Source: the human T2T-CHM13v2.0 reference genome, Homo sapiens
Length of the DNA: 64,000 nt
Assembly: GCF_009914755.1 (NCBI RefSeq)
Contig: NC_060925.1
Reading direction: 5' to 3' (one strand)
Positions 41,100 to 64,000 of the stretch are shown piece after piece. Under the pieces are notes generated by a model. The model was given only the letters and a program-made list of their open reading frames with translations, was not told where the DNA came from and searched no databases. The translations under genes and the position numbers were made by a program. Every line of letters starts with the position of its first letter. Position 1 is the stretch's first letter.

Positions 41100-42488
41100 T
41101 TTGGTGTGTTTTTTTGAGACCAGGGCCCCCAATCATGGCTCATTGCAGCCTCAGCTTCCTGGGGTCATTCCTCCTGCCTCAGCCTCCTAGGTAGCCAGGA
41201 CTATAGATGCACGCCACCATGCCCGGCTAATTTTTTGGTTTTGGGGTTTTTGGTTTTTGGTTTTTACAGACAGGGTCTTGCTATGTTGTCCAGGCTGCTC
41301 TTAAACTCCTGGCCTCAAGTAATCTTCCTACCTTGGCTTCCCAAAGTCCGGGGATTACAGGCATGAGCCATTGCACCTGGCCTCATACTAAAGTTTAAGA
41401 ATTAATACTGGCTGGATGTGGTGGCTCACGCCTATAATCCCAGCACTTTGGGAGGCTGAGGTGGGCAGACCACCTGAGGTCAGGAGTTCGAGACCAACCT
41501 GGGCAACATGGTGACACCCCATCTCTGCCTGTAATCCCAGCACTTTGGGAGGCCAAGGTGGGCAGATCACAAGGTCAGGAGTTTGAGACCAGCCTGGCCA
41601 ACATTGTGAAATTCCATCTCTACTAAAAATACAAAAATTAGCCGGGCGCAGTGGCGGGCGCCTGTAATCTCAGCTACTCGGGAGGCTGAGGCAGGAGAAT
41701 TGTTTGAAGCCAGGAGGCGGAGGTTACCGCGAACAAGATTGTGCCACTGCATTCCAGCTTGGGTGACAGAGCAAGACTCCGTCTCGAAAAAAAAAAAAAA
41801 AAATTAGCCAGGCATAATGGTGCACGTCTGTAATCTCAGCTACTCAGGAGGCATGAGAATCACTTGAACCTGGGAGGTAGAGGTTGCAGTGAGCTGAGAT
41901 CACTTCACTGTACTCCAGACTAAGTGACAAAGTGAGACTCTGTCTCAAAAAAAAAAAAAAGAGGAATTAATTCTAAGCCAGGTGTGGTGGCACGTGCCTA
42001 TAGGCCCAGCTACTTGGGAGGCCAAGGTTGGGGAATCCCTTGAGCCCGGGAATTGGAGGCCATTCTGAGCAACATAGCAAGACTTCATCTCTAAAAAAAA
42101 AAAGAATTAATTCCAGTTCCACTATGGCATTTGTTATGTAAAATAAATAAACCACTATTTTAAGGGCTACTCAACAAATAAAAACTGTAAATTTAGGGGG
42201 GTTGGAGTTTGCCTTGTTTGAGATGAAATATATTATAACCCTAATCAGTTTTCAGGTGTTGTAACTGAAGGGCTGTAGAGAGTAAATAAACTAGAAAAAC
42301 TTTCAGAACAGAATTCTTTTTTTTTTTTTTAGCAGAGGTCTCTTTGTTGCCCAGGCTGAAGTGCAGTGGCTAGACTCAGGTGACATCATAGTGCCCTGCC
42401 GCCTGGAACTCACCCTGGGCACAAGCAGTCTTCCTGCCTCAGCCTCCCGAGTAGCTGGGACTACAGGTGCACGCAACTGCACCTGGCT
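41100..42488. mobile_element. Alu cluster: AluJ(-) 41100-41382, nested Alu-in-Alu(+) 41410-41960, monomer(+) 41975-42103, monomer(-) 42316-42488
   Basis: Alu bodies and TSDs read directly. Confidence 0.9.
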
Positions 42489-42659
42489 CAGAACAGAATT
42501 TAAAGGGATTGGCAACAAAAAATTTCTTCTACAGCTTTTTTTTTTTTTAAGTTAAGGTGATTGACCAGATATGAAATAGGGCATACTAGATATAGAAGTA
42601 CCATTTTACAGATCTATGCCACAAGGATTTCAAAATACTGCTTAAATATTATACGATTT

Positions 42660-43510
<851 letters not shown>

Positions 43511-43525
43511 CAGACATGGTCGCTA

Positions 43526-46419
<2,894 letters not shown>

Positions 46420-47498
46420 GTAAACTGATTAAATACCCTATTTCTGCCAAATATCTTGAATTTTTTTACTCGAAAAAATTTTGTGCTTAACCTAAAACCT
46501 ATGTGAAGATTAAGCAGCTTTCAAGAGAAATGAGTCCACTCTACCTCATATTCTGTTTTTTTTTCCACTGTGAGTGGTTGATAATGTAGATCTTTGCAAC
46601 ATAACCAGAACTGGCTCCCTTGACTCCATAAATAGTAACTAAATTGTCCCTAAGTCCCGGGCTATTAGTCATTCTTTTTCAAAAATCGTGGTATATTACT
46701 GCTAACATCAGAGGAAAGAACTTTCAATCCTAAAAAGTATAAAATAAGGCTTTGCTGTATGTGCCTCTTTATTTTAATTTATAGTTAAATTAAATAACAG
46801 TTACTCTATGAACTGAATAAGCATTGGCCTCTTAGCTTATCAACTACAGTGTTCCCTTTCACCTGAGTGCTCACTTCAAAAGCAGCTAATCCTATTGGCT
46901 ATTAGAGTCAGAAGCTTCAAACATATTGACAGCAAGAATGTTGTATTCAGTAGAACTTCTCAATCAGTTAAATAGACATAGAACAACTGCCCAATCAGAT
47001 GACATTCAGGTACTTCGGTATGCCTTTGTGGCTAATATACTGAGGCTGGGTTAGAATGCATTACTGAGGTTAGAGTCCCTCAGGCCAAAATGATGTCTAC
47101 TGTGTTACTGCTGTGAGATTCTGGGATTCTAGAGAGTTGTAAAAATGTTCAAAAACATACTTGCATGTATCCTACCTCACACATCTACCATCCACGTACA
47201 AGTGCGCTAACCCACAGTCTAGAAGAGTGCCAGTGGAACCTAGTATGGCACAAGACAAGGATGGTGCTGTCTTATCTCTGTCTTCTAAGGTTTATTGGAA
47301 GCCCTTCCATCAATGACACAGAACACCAGCTCTCCCCAGGGGTTCAAGCAACACTGACTTGCCCAAAGGCTTATTTGAAACACCTGATATTAATGAGAGA
47401 TGGTATCTAGGGTATATGTCAACTATTCCTAGATTCTCTGAGTGCTATTTCTGTATAAAGTTAGATCATCAGAAAGCAGTATATTTGGATCACATTAG

Positions 47499-50730
<3,232 letters not shown>

Positions 50731-51179
50731 GAACTTGAGTACTTAACAAAAATGATAATCCATAAACTTCACTATTTGAGTTCACAGGAGTGGAGAATAT
50801 GATTTTGCCCGATACTTTGAATTGTGTTCTAAATGGCATTCATCAATACACTTGACAAAAGCTGAGTCAACATTGCAAAGTCACATGAGTGAAGTCGATT
50901 CTAGGTAAATTGACCACTATCAACCCAAAGAAACACAAAATGTACCAATCCTGGAGCCCGTGGTGGGATACTGGGATCCCAATCCAGATGTAACCCGGAT
51001 TATTCTGTATGTGACCACAGTCTCTTGAATGAGGTATTCAGGAATTTGGAAGTCAGAACTTTAAACTTGTGTTTTGTTTTGTTTTTTAATCATGTTTTTG
51101 TCCAGTTTATATCATTTTAATGTCTCATCTGACACAGGGGAAGGTGAGGAAAATGCAAAAGGATCTAGAGTATATCAAG

Positions 51180-53770
<2,591 letters not shown>

Positions 53771-54226
53771 GAATAAAGGGATTAGTAAGGTTTTGTGATG
53801 GGGCAAGATTCAGAGACAAGTAAAAATTTTGGGTAAGGATTAGAAATACGGTTCAGGGATGGCATAAGGGGTTAGAATGTCTCTTGCACAGAATACTTGG
53901 TCCAGATGATTGTATTTTAAAAGGTATGTTAAAATAACTTTGTACTGTGGCAGACATCAGTGGGTCATTTGGCATCAGTGTTAAAGTACCCTTGCCAAGA
54001 GAAGATGGCACAGTCAAAGCAGACCTACCATGAATAATTTTAATGGCCTTTGCATCATCAGTGGAAAGTAATTGAATGATCATTGCCAATTTCAGGTAGC
54101 ACTACATATCTTTTATTAACAAAATTTTTCTTTATTGAGACAAATCCTGTAAGTGAAAAGACCTGAGGTTGCCCAGCAGGATTCATTTCCAAGTTTCTTT
54201 GGCCTGAGTTCATATCAAGAAATACC

Positions 54227-54361
54227 TCCTGGGGGTGATGAAATAATCTGCACACCAAACCCCTGCAACATCCAATTTGCTTATATAACAAATCTGCACA
54301 TATATCCCTGGACCTAAATTAAAATAATAAATAAATTCAAAAGTTTCAAAAAAAAAAAAAA
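54227..54361 (+). mobile_element. Old L1PA/PB 3'-end fragment with poly(A)
   Basis: gggtgatgaaataatctgcacaccaaacccc...ataacaaatctgcacat...; TSD AAGAAATACC 54217-54226 / 54362-54371. Confidence 0.8.
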
Positions 54362-54529
54362 AAGAAATACCACCCTAAAATGCTGGCTTTTGAGCCACAG
54401 GCTTCTCCAACTAAGGATTATGGGATTGTGATTTTAAATGACTGATAAAATGAAGATATAGTCCCAAATGAACAGAACGTGGGGCCAATGAGGATGAATA
54501 TTTATGAAGGAAAAAATTAACCATTGAAC

Positions 54530-55130
54530 CTTAAAAGTGGGAGGAATCTTGTATGTCATTTGGAACAATTTTCTAGTACCGTAACTTCCTCATCAAGTGA
54601 TTGCCTGCCCTCTCTGACCACTGAGAACAGTGGGCAACTTACTACTCTTACGGCCATTGTAGGGAGCCAGGTCTGTGGTCTGTTTTGGGGCAGCTTTAAT
54701 TTATATTGTGAGATTGAGCTGAACTCTGCCTCTCTGTTAATTCCATTCCTTTGCCTCAGTTTTGCTCTTTGGGACAACACAGAAGACTTCTATGCTATTT
54801 CCATTGACGGCTCACAAAATATTTGAAGATATCAGACACGTGCCCACTTGTATCTTTTTTCCAAACTAATTGTGGGTTTTCTCAACATTGATCTATGACA
54901 GAGTTTCTGACCTTTCTCCTCTGGCTGAGCATACTGTAGATTTTAATGTGTCTTTTTATGGCAGTGCAAAACTGAAACTAAATCTACATGTGGTTGGACA
55001 AGCTCACAGTGCTACGAGTGGCATGTTAAAATTCTGTTAATGTAGCCTAAGATTGCATTAGAATTTTAGTATCTAAATTATACTATGAGATTATGCACAA
55101 TGAGCTTGCAATTAGATGAATTAAAACTCC
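54530..55130 (-). mobile_element. CR1/L3 LINE remnant
   Basis: Degenerate L3-like text (ttttgggcagctttaat..., aatatttgaaga..., ctgttaatgtagcctaagattgcattag). Confidence 0.6.
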
Positions 55131-55468
55131 AGATTTTGTTCAAATAAACTGTCAAATTACCCTTCTGCTATCATGTATGCTTTCTTTGGAGGATATGAAA
55201 TGAGAGCTTCACATTTATCTCTTTTTCATCTTGTTTTGGTATGTAGACTAGCTTTGTAAGATTAAAAGAAGAGTAAGTTGCTTTTTTTTAAAAAAAAAAA
55301 AACTGCTCATTGTAAAAAATTCAAATAATAAAAGTATTAAGAATATATATTTATATATATATACCCATTATATATACCCATAATTTTACTACCTAGGAGT
55401 GATTACATTAAAAAGTTAACATACTGAGTAATTTTTATAATAATATCAAAGTAAACAAACATCATTTA

Positions 55469-58070
<2,602 letters not shown>

Positions 58071-58089
58071 AATCTCTTCCTTATCAGTT

Positions 58090-58710
58090 CTGAATGACTC
58101 TCCTCTCCCTACCTCTCCTCCTGTCCTCTGTGATCCAGCTTCCGTGCAACAGCCAGAGTAATCTTAAAATCCATGATCAGATCCTGCCTCTTGTAAACTG
58201 TTCAATGGCTTCTACTCACTTAGAAGGAAATCCCAACCCTTGATGGTGACTTCCAAGCCCGGCTCTAATTGGTCTAGGCCCTCTCTTCAGCCTCCTTTCT
58301 GCTTCTCTCCCTTTGGCTTCTTCTGCACCGATACACTATTCTGTGAGTCCCAGAACACTCCACGCCCTTTCCACGGCAGGGCTTCTGCGTTCTCCTTGCC
58401 CCTCCTGATCCTTATAAAACTAGCTTCCTCTTGCATTCAGGTCTCAGATTCAACGTCACCTTCACCGAGCGGCCTTTCCTGACCTATTTAAGACATTCTC
58501 CATCCACTACTCATAATTCTCCATCACTGCATCCATCTGGACACCCCACTTACTTCTTTACTAGCTCTTACCATAATCGATGATTATGATGAATATCTGT
58601 TTTTTTTTTCTCCAACTCTCTTAAGCTACATAAGAGAGGACCTTGTTAATATTGTCACTCCTATAGTCTCAGGATCTAGCACATAGTAGGTGCTCAATAA
58701 ATATTTGTTA
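58090..58710 (+). mobile_element. L2 remnant
   Basis: cagccagagtaatcttaaaat...ttcaatggcttc...tagcacatagtaggtgctcaataaatatttgtt. Confidence 0.75.
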
Positions 58711-59923
58711 CACGAGAGCTTTGTGTGAGGTAGAAGCTGAGCCTGAGGTCTAAGAGAGAAATTGTTCTTGTTCCACCAGTGGAACCCCGCAACTGCTTTG
58801 CATGACTGTAGTGGTACTCTGGGAGAGAGTTTTAAATCTCAGTCAAGGTGGGTTCCTTCCCCTCTTTAGGAGCTGTATCCCTAGGGTTAGAGTCAGAGTC
58901 CTAAGCTAAACTGTTTGCTGAAGCTCTGATGCCCAAACTGGGCATCAAATCCTTCTTAATCACTTTGTGCAGTATAAAGGCCATTCTCCTTGATGGGGGA
59001 AACATGGAAACAAAATAATAATAGGTTAGCAGCACAATTCTGATTTTTCTCTGTGACGTGAATAGAATCAGTTAAGATTGTCATAAAATGTTAATGCTAG
59101 AAAAATGCCTTGAATGTCATCTCCCAATGATTATAAAACAGTGCAGCCCTTTCATTTGACAGATGAAGTAAATCAGGCCCAGGCAGGTTCAGTGGTCTGC
59201 TCAGGCACACGGTGAATAGTGGCAATGAAGTCTGTATCTTACCCACATCTTGATGTGCAGTTGAGCACCTATGCTATAACAATATTCTCTTTGTTACATC
59301 TAAGAAAAATCATTTAAAACCACAGCTCATTTTGAAAACTTCATTATTATTCAGTAACTTTATACATCTTCTGCAAGCAGTATACCTAACTCTTTCTTAT
59401 TCACTTGATTTTAGAAGCTTTAAAAATAATTAATTAATTTGGGGAATGGGCCTAAAGACCCCAAATGAGGACTGTCTACAGAATACAGAGATGGGAAGAT
59501 GGAGCCACAAGGTGACAGACTTGGGCCTGACTGGTCTTCTCTCTTGCTGTTGTGAAAGAATCTATCCTGGTGTTAGAAAACACCCAAAACAGGCCACCCT
59601 GTGAGGAAGCCTCTAAGGATCTGAGCTGATCAAGGGCCTCTTACCAATGTCAAGTCAGCAGTAACAGCAGAAAACCTGGGCTGTTTGAATGGGATAAAAT
59701 GGTCTTGGCTCATCACCTAGACACTTCTCCCTCCTTGCACTCCTTCTAACCAAAAAGATAATCCAAGAAGAGTTATCTATTTGTTGTAGTATCCAGAGCA
59801 AGATGATCTTTGAACTTTACCCTCTTTATGTTGTGGTTATTTTTGATGGAGGGAATATAAGTGCATGCCAACTCCACAGGCATTGCACAACAAAATAATA
59901 TGAGCCACTGGAAATGCCAATGA

Positions 59924-63221
<3,298 letters not shown>

Positions 63222-63399
63222 TAGGATTGTTTTTCTCAAAGGCCAGTTAGGCATTCCAATAAACATCTCCATAGAACACAACTTTGTATGTTTTGAAGAG
63301 ATGTGGTTGACAATAGTGTTCACTACATCACAGTGTTCATTACATCTTTTATGAAGATCTGCATAAGAAATTTGCTTCCAGGAAACCAGATTTGCTCAA

Positions 63400-63462
63400 C
63401 TATTCACTCACTCACTAAATCACTCATTCATTCCCTCACTCACTCACTCAATCAATTCATTA
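63400..63462. repeat. (TCAC/TCAT)n simple repeat, probably an L2 tail
   Basis: ttcactcactcact...cattcatt... Confidence 0.75.
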
Positions 63463-63632
63463 TTTAGTACATATACTTAAAATGCTTTTTAGGGGATTCA
63501 CCTGAGGGCAGGGGACTTTGTTTCCAAGAAACTTTATCCGATAAATAAAATGAACTTGACACAGATTGGATACTTTAGCAACTGAGAAGCTCAGACTCAA
63601 ACATGCTGCCCATCTCTATGAATACCTTATGC

Positions 63633-63969
63633 CAGTGGTCCCCAACCTTTTTGACACCAGGGACTGGTTTCATGGAAGACAATTTTTCCATGGATGTGGA
63701 GGTGGCACGGATGGTTTCAGGATGAAACTGTTCACCTCAGATTATCAGGCATTAGATTCTCACAAGGAATGCACAACCTAGATCTCTCATAGGCACAGTT
63801 CACAAGAGGGTTTGTGCTCCTATGAGAATCTAATGCTGCTACTGACCTGACAGGAGGCAGAGCTCAGGCGGTGATGCTTACTCGCTTGCACTCACTCCTG
63901 TCGTGTGGCCTGGTTCCTAATAGGCCACAGACTAGCACTGGTCAGTGGCCTGGTGGTTGAGGACCCCTG
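63633..63969 (+). mobile_element. MER1B hAT-Charlie MITE, full length
   Basis: TIRs CAGTGGTCCCCAACC...GGTTGAGGACCCCTG; perfect 8-bp TSD CCTTATGC (63625-63632 / 63970-63977). Confidence 0.92.
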
Positions 63970-64000
63970 CCTTATGCTTAAGGTGAACATTTTGTGTATA

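Noticed and set aside
58927-58947. 9-bp hairpin TGATGCCCA-aac-TGGGCATCA
   Set aside because: Short enough to arise by chance in 64 kb.

Overview
Human (primate) genomic DNA containing the ZNF281 (ZBP-99/Zfp281) locus on the minus strand. The gene has a CpG-island promoter near 27.0 kb, a short non-coding exon 1, a 222-bp intron, and one large exon carrying the whole 895-aa CDS (26655-23968) plus a 3'UTR with proximal (~23.25 kb) and distal (~21.9 kb) AATAAA signals. The flanks are very Alu-dense (roughly 55-60 Alu pieces) and also hold L1, L2, MIR, CR1/L3, MER21 and MLT1 LTRs, and MER20/MER5/MER1B DNA transposons. A ~16-kb zone around and downstream of the gene is strikingly TE-poor. Nearly all other ORFs in the track are Alu-derived or chance ORFs. 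I see no prokaryote-type system (no CRISPR array, tRNA, rRNA or operon) and cannot claim a new biological system. The best second-look items are: a 3'UTR tandem duplication that doubles miR-203 seed sites; a ~190-bp polyadenylated retrocopy with TSDs nested in a MER20; a three-octamer/Sox-Oct cluster 18 kb downstream; two long non-TE-looking inverted repeats; a candidate in-frame exitron removing the Gly-rich N-terminus; and a possible non-AUG N-terminal extension. Repeat subfamily calls are by eye and boundaries are approximate.
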